DNA of 60,059 nucleotides, filler included, from Sphacelaria rigidula (Eukaryota): NCBI GenBank assembly GCA_964200075.2. It is 9 parts of 9 records of this genome, joined end to end, with 100 filler letters (N's around TTAATTAATTAA, not from the genome) between each part and the next. Parts side by side here need not be neighbours in the genome. Positions count along the whole stretch, not along the records: positions 46,792 to 53,375 come from CAXNAA020019216.1; positions 53,476 to 60,059 come from CAXNAA020019217.1; 7 more parts are not named here. One strand, 5' to 3'. The notes beneath the pieces were generated by a model, which made no database searches, was not told the DNA's origin, and saw only the letters and a list, made by a program, of their open reading frames with translations. Made by a program: the position numbers and the translations under genes. Below are positions 48,378-60,059 of this stretch, piece after piece; positions within the stretch are counted from its first letter, which is position 1, and every line of letters starts with the position of its first letter.

Positions 48378-51060
48378 AATGGCCGCGTGTGTAGTATCGA
48401 AAACGTATTCGATGTTTCGACTCAATTTTTCGATACAATATTCGACAAACATCATGTTGTCGCAGACCACGTCGCATGCCACATGCCGCACACATGACGG
48501 GCCGGAATACACGAGCACACGAGCGCGAGCACACAGTACATGACACTGTTTTCGTGAGTTGAGAGTAGAACGTTGATTGAGAGTGGACACCTATGGGAGA
48601 TCCGAGAAATAGGACATTCCGACTTACTTCGACGCATCTGACGCATCCACCAAAAGTAAACGTCTACAGTCACGAATAAATGAAGCAGCACCCTCGATAC
48701 TTTTTCTGAACCGATGCAATTACTCGCGGGACTGTCAGGTCATTTTTCGGACGGCTCTACATTTATCACAACAGCGCCGTCACCACAGAGCTGCCAGTAA
48801 TAGTATGGACCGCTAAACGATGTGCTGTGTCTCATAAGCTATGACCTCAACAAGTACATCGTTCAAGTGCCACTCTGGGAGTTCTTCTCTGAAGTCATAA
48901 ACTCGACGGATCGGCCGAGCGGTTCCAATGCACTACAGTACACACTTTCATCAAGGAATCCGCTCTCACATTTTTAGGAGATTCCCCCCCCCCGCCCCGA
49001 AATTTTCGGGTATTTTGGGGGAACAAATAAACCCATCGATAATATTTCTGAGGATTTTTCACGGGGCAATTTTGTCAGATATTTTCGCTTTGCCGGAAAA
49101 TTGCTTTTTTTCTCGACTTCTCCCGAACAAGAGCGCCACGGAAAAAAATCCAACGCTAGATGTAGGCCAAATCTCCAGGTAGTTTTCAATTGATCTCCTG
49201 CTTGACCTGGTATACCCCTGGACGGTGAACACCACTCTCAGAAGATGGACTGGGATGGACTAAAGCACATTTTATTTCGGGCTCAGAACAACTGTTTTCT
49301 CGCTACACAAAGTACCTTTATTGATCAACATGAGGATGTTAGGTATCTAAAGCCTCGCTCCCCTGGAAACCCTCGGGTGTCTCTGGACTGTCGACCGGTA
49401 AAACTGTTCCGAGGTGACACTCGTCGTCTAAGGGTTCAGAAGTCTGCTCTCAGACTCTTCGGACAAGGTTTTTTTCCCCGGAAAAAATGGAGATTTGGGA
49501 GGAAAGTAGACCCGCTGTCCCTTTGACTGCAAGTCGTTGTCTATGTGTGAATCGGCATCACTCTCACTGGAAAGGGGAATGAAAATGATGCCGATTGGAC
49601 CACCGCTTGCAGTAGAACGTTAATACCCCCGACAGTACAGTTGTTCCGTCACCACGCGAGCGCGTCTTGTATTCACGAGCTGGGCCAGCATAAAAGCTCA
49701 CGTTTCTCTAGCACCCGGTAACTCGTTTGGCTCAGGTAGTACATTTTTGCGTCTTGGCACAAACCTTATGTCATCATATCAGCTGCTTCTATAATTCCTA
49801 CAAAGGAGCCGTGCAAAGAGCGATGCTACGGTAGGGGTGCACCGCTATTCTCCGAGGTTAAAATTGTTACGAGCCTTTTATTTAATCCAACACGACTCAT
49901 GAAATATGTGAGAGTACACAAGGATTACTATTCCGATGTGCTCAGGATATCCCGAATGAATTCGCAAACAGGGATGCCCTGACCCACATTCTTGTGCATC
50001 TAGAGTCGTTAGTAGCCCCTGAACCAGACACGATTTCGCGCAAAAAGTGCACCCCTAGCGTAGCATTGCTCCAAAGCTGGTCAAGTGTCAAAGAATGCTT
50101 GAAGCTGGCCCAGCTCGTAGCCTCGAGCCATCCTGCGTTTGATCCGGCTTTGGCCTGGTTCACATGGCCGCGAAGTAAAACATATCACGAAGTAGATTTT
50201 ATAACCAAGAATCAACTTCGATGGCCGGGTTCAACAGGGATCTTCTTCATCCATATACACAAGTATGATACGTTAGGATGTGGGCTTGGTTCGGAGGCAA
50301 GTAACGCCGATAATATTGAGGGAGTAGGCCGGTGGTGGGCGCGCGCACGTCGGGGTCCTGACCACGTTTATAACAGCCCGTCTGCATTTGTTTGCGAAGA
50401 ACGCTGTTTGCAACAATAATATTATGTGACGGTCCGTACGATCAGTCGTGCTTGGCTGAAAAGCCCAGTTCAAAGGGTGCAAGTCTCAAAAGTAGAAAAA
50501 GTAGTTGCGCCATCTTCTTACTACTGTATGTACAGTTGTTGTAATACCTCACACGCATACAGAAGAGCACACGAACAACATGATCCACCTATGCCACCAC
50601 GTACCGTGCACCATCATACGTAGTACTGACGAGTTGGCCAACACATACATGTATATCCTGCCGCCGATACTCGTACCCAAGAAACCATGCCATGCCATGC
50701 CATGCCATGCCATGCCAGGGTTTCTGCCCTACCCTCACTGGCCATACACGCCAGCCCGCGACCACATCGCTGATAACCGGTGACGCAGTAGCTGCAATGT
50801 TCACACTACTGCCATAGTACAACCACTACGAGGACAAGACGATAATTAAAAGTCATCATGATACACTAATTTACATAATATATTATACCATATTATATCG
50901 GAATGACAGCCATCATCATTATGATAGGACGCCGAAGCTCAACTTTGGATAATCTGAGACAGCACGCAATCCACAAGCTTCAGTACAACCTCGGGAACGT
51001 ATCATACCATTGCAAAACGCCCCGTATCCATACCTCAAGACTCATATCCAGTTTGCTTAC

Positions 51061-51142
51061 ATTTTGCAAGGCTGAACTCCAGGCAACACGAGCAGAGCGC
51101 CAGAACCCACGCGACCACGAAGGCGGCTTGTCTGCAGACCAT
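51061..51142 (-). CDS. Candidate first exon encoding a signal-peptide-like sequence
   Basis: GCCATGG start context, MVCRQAAFVVAWVLALCSCCLEFSLAK, donor T|GTAAGC. No homology recognised. Confidence 0.35.
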
Positions 51143-52731
51143 GGCACGGACCAACGATCAACGTGAATGTCAGGTCGTTGTATCCTTGGCGTGCGGAACA
51201 CGAGAAACCCACGTACAGTATGTATATGTCTGAACTAAAATGGCTGGTGGTGAAGCTTTCGGTTGCTCTTCTTTTGCGCAGTTGCCTAGCGGTAGTCAGC
51301 ACCGTTCACGCCACACAGATGGTATTGCTGGTGAGGGGCTGAAACGTGAGAAACGAGAGGTTGGTCGAATCGGTACGTAGCGATCTACTACTGTTGTATT
51401 TGTTCTTGCCGTTTGCATCAACGGTTGCAAGATCGGAGATTTTCTACTGATATTTCGCGGGGTAATATGCAATTTTCAAACCAAGAGAGATTTTCAGGAG
51501 AGGGAGAAGGATTTCCAAAATGGTCAGGAACAATGGTCGTTGCTTGATTTCACGTGATTCAACCGCTATTTGGGTCTTGAGTGGGGCTGATAGTCCCAAG
51601 TGCTCCTATCAGCTCGTCCAGAACGCGTTCTTTACCAAAATCGTCGCCGCAGGCGCCGCTTTGAGGTCTACCAACGCACACTTCGTCTAGAACATCCTCT
51701 GCACCCAACACAACGAAGGGTTATCCCATGCCTTGGTCGGGGTTAGGGTTAGGACATGCGCGATCTCTATAGGGTTGGGGGTACGTCACTTATAGTGACC
51801 AACCATTGTTTTCAACCGTTTGTTAAACAGCCCTTGTTCATTCAAACGGATCGAAACGACTCAACAGTATTGTCGCGTATAGAGGTCTCTTCACCTCGGA
51901 CGCCCTCTGCACCCCCCATGCCTGAGGGTTATCTCATGCCCTGGTTGGCTCATGCCTTGGTCGGGGTTGGCCGAGGGTTGGGATTAGCTTTAGTGTTAGA
52001 GTCGACAGTACCTAATTTATAGTACCAACCAATGTTTCCGACCATTTGATCAAGTACCTTCGTTCGAACATCCAAACGGATCCAAACGACACAACCGTCT
52101 TGTTGTCGCGTAAAGTGGGATTGCCAACGAGCATGCATCTGTTTGAATGTGATAAGAGGGCACCCTTTTCGAGCAGGAGGAAGCACGTCATGTTCGAACG
52201 CTTAGCCGGAAAATAGACTAAGGAGGCTGGCTGGCTGGCTGGCTGACCCCCTGAAATCATGACCACTTCCACGAGAACCCACGTGAACAATTATTTGGGA
52301 TCTGCCACGTAGAAGAGCACGACGGAAATGGTTGGTCTACGGTGTCGAAGACGCACATGGCTGGGTCACTGCGGCGAAGAGCATGATCAAATGACATCTT
52401 GGAGTCGCGAAAGGGCAGACAGGGAAGAGTTTGAGGATACTTAGCGAAGGGAATACAAACAGCTCTCATCGGAACTTCGCCACAAACAGGCTCCATGGAG
52501 AAACGTCAATAGAGGCAGAACCACCACATCTGACATGAAAAGCTCGCGAGGAATCCAGGCCCGAAGAAAATGATCACGAGATTGTTTCGCTCCAACCCTT
52601 AGACCGCAAGGTTCGTCTTCTGTTGAATCGGCATCGATTTCAAGTGAAAAAAAGTATGCATGATCCAGAAAGACTAATCTCGCGGTCTAAGGGTAAACAG
52701 ACAAATCTAGAAAATGAGGTTGTGCACTAAA

Positions 52732-53101
52732 ATGAGGTTCAAGCTCCAAAACAGTGCTTTCTTCACACTTTCAGCGATGGTGCCCGATGACTTTTTGTCG
52801 GCCTCATCCCGCTCTATCGCCTATATTCTTTTTCGGCGCATATTTTCCGTCTGTCTCTCTGAGCTTACTGCGCTGACCGAAGCGCTCATTTCCCCTGATA
52901 CCACCCCTCACCACCCCCTCAAACATTATTATTAGGGAAATCGAGGGCTTCGGTCAGCGCTGTAAGCTCACAGAGTCAGTTAAATGCACTGAAAAAGTAT
53001 CTATCTACGCGATCGGGGGGGATTAGGCCGACAATAATGTCACTGGGCACCATCGCTGAAAGCGTGGAGAAAGCAATAACTGCTTTGGGCTTGAACGTCA
53101 T
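52732..53101. repeat. ~370-bp fold-back element with ~155-bp imperfect arms; partial arm copy at 46608-46691
   Basis: ctttcagcgatggtgccc/gggcaccatcgctgaaag and tgagcttactgcgctgaccgaagc/gcttcggtcagcgctgtaagctca are nested inverted pairs. Confidence 0.85.
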
Positions 53102-54658
53102 CTTGGACTCACTTTTATGGCAACGAATCTCGATTTATTTGTACAAATATGGGGATTTCAGCCCGTCTACAGGCGGTTTTCTCCCGTGAAATGTTTTTTC
53201 GGACCCCAGTCCGTTCGGTAATGTTTTTCGGCTATAATAGCTGTGAGCAAACCAGATCGATTCTCCGATTTTCTGGGCGTTAACGTTCGATACATCACCT
53301 TTCTAACAGCCGATCATCTATGTTGAGGATGGTGCTTTTCATTGAGGATGAGAACCCGGAGGATTAAAATCTTCGNNNNNNNNNNNNNNNNNNNNNNNNN
53401 NNNNNNNNNNNNNNNNNNNTTAATTAATTAANNNNNNNNNNNNNNNNNNNNNNNNNNNNNNNNNNNNNNNNNNNNCGCCGTGGTGTTATCGGCGAGTCGC
53501 ATGAAGGGTGAGCTGCATCCTGCTAAGATTGTTCGGGGAGGGGGCAATTACAGCACCACTCGTTAGAAAATGCCACTGATCAGAGTATGAAACATAGGAA
53601 TACAGTGGGGGGACCGATGTAGTGCGGGTTATATAGTGCGCGTGCCGCACTATTGGGGCAACCCTCTATAGTGCGGGTTTGGTCCACCCACGCCCCTCTA
53701 TAGTGCGGGTCTAACGTCACCCCCGCCCTACATGCGGTCAAACCAACACGCACACACGCAAAAATCACACACAACCACGTGAAGTACAGAGTACAGGTAC
53801 AGTAATTCGACGCGTAAAGCGATTTGCGTTTTGCCGCACGCACGGTAGTTACTGCTGTCGGGGTTTTTTTTGGCCGGGTCTAGTGGGTGCCTGACTTCCG
53901 CGTGTGATAAATGAGTCGATTAGTTGAGAGCTGACGCATTTTTCTTCGTGCATTCAGGCCGACCTCAATGGCGTTTTCTTGGAGCAAAGGGGGTAGAGTG
54001 TGCGAGAAGTAGGGACTTTCGGGATGGATCCTTCTCGCTTGCCTTTTTTTTTCTTCCCGAATGTGTCTGGGTTGTGTTGAAGACGGCGTTCCATTGGGCA
54101 GGTTTAGGTTCCGTGTGTAGCTTCAATTATACGATGAATCCCTGTGATTATTTTCGTAGTCAACAAGCGGATGGGAAAGCAGACTGAAACAACCATGGGA
54201 CTTTGCATACGCAGCAAGTTGGTACGCCCAGCGTGCGAATGTGTCATGAACGAAGTACTGTACACTACTCGACTACTCGTATCATTTTACTCACGTTCAG
54301 GATGCAGATTCGCCGTTGCGACATGCTGCCCTCTTTTCACCACGAACAGACGCAGGATTCAACACCTTGTTTGCGTACATACACCTTGCTGTTGGCTGCT
54401 TTTTATGCTTCAATCAAGTGATATTGTCAATAGTGCGCCTTCCCGCACTATTCAGGCCCAATTTTTTATAGTGCGCATGCTCTCTATAGTGCGGATTTTA
54501 CCTCATGGCACATACCCGCAATATATCGCCCCCCCCCCCCCCCCCCTCCCCCCCCCACCTGCCCCCACGCCCACCAACACACNNNNNNNNNNCCCCCCCC
54601 ACAGTATGGCATATACACGCGAGAAAACGACACATATGCACGCAGCACATACACAAAC

Positions 54659-54826
54659 CTGCACGGTGCAAACCAAGCTGCCAGCGTTGGCCACCAAGAA
54701 CGTTCCCGGCTCAATCTCAAGCTTCAGCTGTCGGCCGGTCTCCTTGGCAAACTCCTCGAAGTCTCCCTGGACGGGAGCACCGATCGCCTGTAGATCCGTT
54801 GAAACCTCGCCCGCCATTCGTCCGGT
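54659..54826 (-). CDS. lysA: Next exon of diaminopimelate decarboxylase
   Basis: ctgcAG acceptor, CAG|GTTTGT donor, phase 0 join. [13 protein letters not shown]...[23 protein letters not shown] contains the EPG motif. The intron 54827-58209 is 3383 bp. Confidence 0.93.
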
Positions 54827-55020
54827 CTGCAGCAGTTTCATGCAACAACGACAAGAAAAAAGCAAGATAGGGTGAAGACAAGGGAAGGGTGAACTGTTTT
54901 CCACAGGGTGAGCATGTGTACGATCATCGGGTGACGAAATTTGGGGTTCGAATCGCTATCACCCTGTTCGAATATGTCTTTACTCAACGCGGTACACTTA
55001 TTTTCCTATTGCAACTATTG

Positions 55021-55254
55021 CACACCCTGGACAATTTATGGTCAATGGATGCAATAGACCAAAATGTACTGGGTAAAGTATAGGCCTATTGCAACTGTTA
55101 CATGTCCACAATAGTTACAATAGGTCTATACTTTACCCAGTACATTTTTGGCTATTGCAACTGTTACATGTCCACATTAGTTGCACTAGGCCTATAATTT
55201 ACCCAGCACATTTTTCATACATTGCATCTATTGGCCATACATTATCCACGATGT
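55021..55254. mobile_element. Palindromic MITE (CACACCCTGGACAA... termini); related copies at 10110-10214, 36998-37144, 48234-48339
   Basis: Self-complementary modules tgcaatag/ctattgca and gtactgggtaaagtatagg/ctatactttacccagtac on four contigs. Confidence 0.75.
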
Positions 55255-56112
55255 GAAAAAAAAATCAAAAGAGATAGCCTTGGCCATCTGGCTAAAAGAA
55301 ATGAAAAAATAATTCAGTAGTTTTTCACTTGATAGGCATCGTTGTAGCTATGCGTGCCGTATGCGACCCCAAGACGATACTAACAACATCCGTATATGCT
55401 GAGAACCACCCTCCCGAATTTCAATAATTCTTCGACGTACATTTGCCGGTACACTTCCTCTTCTTTTTTATTTTATCGCCATTTTCGAGAACCTTGAAAC
55501 GGTAGGGAGGGGAGGGTGTGTGTGTGTGTGTGCAAAAATGGCGATCAAGAAAAAAACGTAAACCGACATATGTACACTCAAGAACGATTTGAAGTTCCGA
55601 TCCCGAGAACAAACTCGACATGCCCCCGTCGGGGCCTCAGGTAACGAGGCCGTCCAAAAAACAAGGCTCTCGTGTACCTGTAGCAAGACAGGATTCCATC
55701 CATTTCACTTCACCTTGGACGCGGCTGGATTCGTAGAGGATAATTCAGTTAATGTGCCATGTTCGATTTATCCATGGAATTAATCAATTCTGCGACCTGC
55801 AAACCTTTCTGAAGACGAATACTGTTGTTGTTGTCGTCGTTACCGTCGTCAGTCATTATCCAGAACCCAATTATTTTAGTTCGTGTCTGGTCATCGCCCA
55901 ATTTTTTACTCTGACTCTACATCCAGAACGGGTTCAAAATGTGTTCGAAATTTCCTGTCCGGGTCAGTCGCCCCTCTGGATTAATACCATGCATCCTAAC
56001 AAGCGAACCAGAACAGTGCTTGCTTCCTGTGGCCTCCCCCTCCCCCTCAGGTGTGTGTGTGTGTTGTCGTCCCATCTGTTCTGGACGCCGGTCTACACAG
56101 GAGTTATTATCA

Positions 56113-56363
56113 ATTTTTTTTTTCGTTTTTAGTACTCCACCTTCCTTCTGCGGTGCTTGCCTTTATTTTTTCATCGCGAGGGGGGTTCAGCAGTCCCTTC
56201 CCCTTGTCGACCGTGAAGTCGAATTTTGTGTACCCACGACGTGGTCGCTCTCCACTGTTGGGTACGGTGTGAGAAAAAATCCCCGATCGCTCCGAGATTT
56301 GAACCCAAGACCCAACCGTCAGAGGGATTCGAGGTTACAAACTGAGCCACTGGGGCGATCGGC
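56113..56363 (-). mobile_element. tRNA-derived SINE, family 1 (in lysA intron)
   Basis: Reverse complement aligns over ~250 bp with 39081-39330; A-box TGGCTCAGTTTG, B-box GGTTCAAATC. Confidence 0.8.
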
Positions 56364-56386
56364 GATCAGGTACGCTTCAAAATCAT

Positions 56387-57786
56387 CAGCGCTCTACACG
56401 TTACACGTTACACGTGCCACAGTGTCACACGTTACGTTCACGTTGCGTTTTGGCCGAAACGTAACGTGAACGTTGAATTTTCAAACAGAAAGTTAACGTA
56501 ACGTTATTTTTTTCAACGTGCCAAACGAACCGTAACCTGATCGTTAAATTGTCGAAACGTTCAAAACATGTAATATAAAACGTTTTACGGAACGCGTAAC
56601 GTCTATCATACGTTACACGTGGTTTAGACGTTGCACGTGTATTACACGTTACACGTCACATGAAACGTCATAAACACGTTACATGAAGCAGTGTACACTT
56701 CAAGTTTTCAATCGAATTTGAATTTTGAAATCCTAGAAAATTGTGCTTCAGTAAACACGAGTGAGTTTGAATGACCATGGTATAGGACATACTATTTCGG
56801 CAATTTCACGCGCTCCGCGCCACAGGACACATTACAAGTTACCGCTGCAGCACAGCATCGTAACATCATAATCATCTTGACTACATGCATGTCAATGGAA
56901 GAGACCGAGTGTAACGTACCCGTTCACATCACGTTCACATGCAACAAGTACATGAGATGGATCCAGGGGGGGGGGAAGGGCGGGTCCACAACTAGGGGGT
57001 GCCGCAGCCTCGAGCCAATTTCGACCGTTGTCTGCAGCTATACCATGGTCATTCAAACTCAATCGTGTTTATTTAAGCACAATCTTCGAGGGATTCAAAT
57101 TTCATTGCACACTTGGAGTGTGCACCGCTTCATGTAACGTATAACGTCTAATAGGCGGTGTTCAATCATGTTCACGATTGTAGTGTGTACAGTATGTGCT
57201 GTCGTGCGAATGACCAAGCATTCGACAATTGAAAATTGAAAATTGAAAATTGAAAGCACAAAGATGAAGAGAAGAGAGAAGATATGAAAATGTAACGGTC
57301 AAGAACGAATGAGTGATACACTGAAGATAACGTAACGTCACACAATAAGATAATGCGCCTACGCTCAAACATACGACGGGTTACCGTCGGCGTCAGCGTC
57401 ACGTCCACGGTAACGTCACGCGTTACATGACCGGTTACAACGCCTTAAACGCTGGTAAATGAGCCGCGATATGCACAGAATGAAGCGTTACATTAGACGT
57501 TACACGTGACATTGAAACGTTTCATCTTATGATCATGTAACGAAACATAAAGGCATTTTATTTTCACGTGATGAACGTAACATAACTTAACATAACTTAA
57601 CATAACGTAACGTAACGTAACGTAACGTAACGTAACGCAACGCAACGTGACAATTACATTTCAAAATGAAACGTTCACGTAACGTTGAGTTTTTTCAACG
57701 TGCAAAACGAAACGTATCGTGAACGCTAAATTTTACAGACGTGATGAGCGTGGCGTGAACGTGAACGTGTAACGTGTAGAGCCCTG
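56387..57786. mobile_element. Non-autonomous hAT-type DNA transposon (1400 bp) in the lysA intron
   Basis: TIRs CAG(C/G)GCTCTACACGTTACACGTT at both ends, perfect 8-bp TSD AAAATCAT (56379-56386, 57787-57794), dense ACGT/TAACG subterminal repeats, no transposase ORF. Confidence 0.92.
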
Positions 57787-58209
57787 AAAATCATGCGAAC
57801 GCAAAAATAGGAGAAATAATAGGACAAAAATACAAAATCAAGTCGCAAAGAAGGACGTCAGGAATGAAAGAGTGCCAGACTACAATAATGCCTCAAGAAA
57901 TGCCACAAAGTGGAGACCAAAAAGACAAACGCACACAAAATACAAGATAAAATAAAATCAATTCAAGAAAAGATCAAACAACTAACGCGAAAGGGCAAAA
58001 AAGCGCAAGACAAAATGCCAAAAAAAGCCAAGGTGAAAGCATAAAAACAGTAATAGAATATAGAGAAAAGAAATCAACCAAACAACAGAAGACACCCGCG
58101 AAACAAAAATATTCTCAAAGTCTAAAAATACCGGGGGGAAAAAAGTTGAAAATATATGCTTAGAAAAATGTGGGAAATGCCAAAACATACTTGTAGGAAA
58201 ATAAATTAC

Positions 58210-58400
58210 CTTGTAGCCGCCCCCAAGGTTGAGTGTGGTGACGTCGGGAAACTGTCGAACAAGGTCCAGGCTCATGCCTGACACCTTCTGCCACACGGCG
58301 GGGTCGGAGCCCGAGCCAATGTGCGTGTGAACACGAACGACCTTGAGGTCACCCGAAGCGCAGATCTTCTTGACTTCGTCCACCCACTCGTACCAGATTC
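58210..58400 (-). CDS. lysA: Exon of diaminopimelate decarboxylase (PLP fold III)
   Basis: ttccAG acceptor, AAG|GTAATT donor. (G)IWYEWVDEV...[11 protein letters not shown]...TLNLGGGYK contains the HxHIGS and xLGGG motifs. Confidence 0.93.
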
Positions 58401-58499
58401 CTGGAATAACAATGGGTGGAAGAGGACAAAAGATATGCGGTTCGAGTCCCGGCATGATCTATTGTGGAAGGAACGAGTTTGGCATGTGAACAGTGAGGC

Positions 58500-58830
58500 A
58501 TGCGAGGGGTAAGGGGTCCCGGAGGCCACTGATGTGCCATGCCGGGAAGGAGCGTACTGACAATGAGGTGCTTCATTTTCGGGTATCGCCACTTTCAGAG
58601 ACAGCCACGGCTTACACACTGCCTCGTGGGTGTCTCACCACAGAGGAGGACCGAGGGGAGGGTGTACTGATGACCATGCATGCCATAGTCAGAAGATCAT
58701 TGACCTCGCATCTCTACAAAGCCGGGACGGAGCNNNNNNNNNNGGGTGAGCTGCATCCTGCTGAGATTGTTCGGCCCAAAGCGTACTGATTATCTTGCAT
58801 ATGGATGACAGCCAACAATGAGTTGCTTCA
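58500..58830 (-). mobile_element. Head-to-tail copies of the poly(C)-ended structured repeat (subfamily A), in a lysA intron
   Basis: The 3' end (...cagtacaccctcccc) is followed after a short linker by the 5' part (tggtgagacacccacgagg...). Confidence 0.75.
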
Positions 58831-58934
58831 TTGGGCCATGCAGATATGTGTTCATCCATATCCCCTCTCCCAACCTCCCGTATATCTTCAGGTGCTTTTC
58901 CTCGTCTACTTTTCGTCTCAGCGCTTGTTTCCCC

Positions 58935-59475
58935 CCCATTCATACGAGGTTGGACAAGCGTACATATTTATCAATTTCCATTCATGCATGAATCATACGC
59001 ACATGTTCTGCGCCTACCATCCATACGAGGTGAATCAAGCATATATGTTCCCCAATCTCCGTTCGTGTAGCATGAATCGTATGTATATGTTTCATACCTT
59101 CGATTCATACGAGATGAATCAAGTGTACATGTTTCTCATCCAAGACTCATGCAGCAAGTGTGATTCGTGCATAATTTGTAGTCTTGATTCGTCTGATACC
59201 ACGTCGAGTGTACACATTCCCAGTCCGTCGTTCGTGCGGTATGGCCTTGAACATACAACTTTGTCATCCGTGATTCATACCGGATGACTCATTGGTACAT
59301 AATTCGCATTCAAAAGTCATGGGGAGTCAACCCGTATGAAGTCTGATTCGTCCGGACCGTGAACGACTCCCCACGGCGGCTATGTACACCTACCTCATAG
59401 CTTACCACGGCTGTGTACGTCTACTCAATGACTTACCACGACTGTGTACGTCTATCTAATGACTCCCCACGGCTG
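58935..59475. repeat. Degenerate minisatellites (~82-bp 'cattcatacgag' units at 58935-59160; ~31-35-bp 'ccacggctgtgtacgtcta' units at 59365-59475)
   Basis: Recurring motifs at regular spacing. Confidence 0.7.
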
Positions 59476-59531
59476 GGTTCTTAGCGGATAACTTCACGTG
59501 CAACTATTAGTATCAGTCATCCGGTACTATT

Positions 59532-59710
59532 ACACGGTTCGGACGAATCATCGCCGGTTCGAATCACCAAATCCCCGATTTTTCAGGTCTGGTTGCTCGA
59601 AAGAGAGAAAAAAGTTGATCGCTGGTCAAGAAGGTCTACACGCAGTTTGTGCGCCATTCCACGTGCCTGGGCTTCGCGTACCTGGGTTGCAACGCTGAAA
59701 ACAAAGCACG
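59532..59710 (+). mobile_element. Dispersed SINE-like repeat, family 2 (second copy at 24062-24243, minus strand)
   Basis: ~180 bp shared between two contigs (cacggttcgg.cgaatcatcgccGGTTCGAA...gcgccattccacgtgcctggg...cgcgtacctg). B-box-like motif present. Confidence 0.7.
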
Positions 59711-60059
59711 GTTAGGACGGGAATAAAATCGATTCAACTCATATTCATCATTTCAACGAACATATCATACTATTCGTACATCATTTGTAATTCATACAGC
59801 TTCTTAGCTTGTGCGTGGTGCAGTATAACCCGAAGGTACCTGCTTCATATCTTCCATGAATACCGGGGTAAATTATGGGCACATCTTGGGCACACAGTCA
59901 ACCTCGCACCGCGAATTTGGATGCATCGATTGTACATAATACCACGCACTTCTTATTTTCATGAGTCGGGAACGTCATGTACAACTTGCTTGGGCAACTT
60001 GTTGGAGGTGAGCGCCCGTACATTTTTCCCACCTTCAGACTAATGCGGGACCAACAAGT

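Noticed and set aside
58575..58640. Hammerhead-ribozyme-like CTGAAAG...CGAAA after a hairpin (minus strand)
   Set aside because: The core is not CUGANGA, stem III and an NUH cleavage site cannot be formed, and the copy at ~28740 does not conserve it.

Overview
This window is not one locus. It is nine unrelated ~6.58-kb contigs (6585 or 6584 bp, sorted by length) joined by artificial 100-bp spacers (N44-TTAATTAATTAA-N44), so nothing can be inferred across the spacers. The DNA is eukaryotic, intron-rich and repeat-rich. A plastid stromal processing peptidase, an algal-type diaminopimelate decarboxylase, long introns and TTAGG(G) tracts suggest a photosynthetic stramenopile, most likely a brown alga (inference). 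Most of the supplied ORFs are spurious. Reading splice sites by hand recovers phase-consistent exon chains for: an NCA2/DGS1-like protein (contig 1); an M16 stromal processing peptidase (contig 3); a large Ser-rich protein with seven 29-30-aa repeats (contig 4); a fatty-acid-hydroxylase/sterol-desaturase protein with a GC-AG intron (contig 5); two low-complexity proteins (contigs 6 and 7); and lysA (contig 9). The rest is non-autonomous mobile DNA: a 1.4-kb hAT element with an 8-bp TSD, several MITE families, two SINE-like families, (AAATC)n-tailed retroposons and minisatellites. The most unusual signal is a very abundant dispersed repeat (more than 15 copies, two subfamilies). Its conserved 3' ~80 nt folds into a multi-stem structure with G-U pairs and a GAAA tetraloop, and it ends in poly(C). 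No CRISPR array, prokaryotic operon or intact viral or transposase gene was found.
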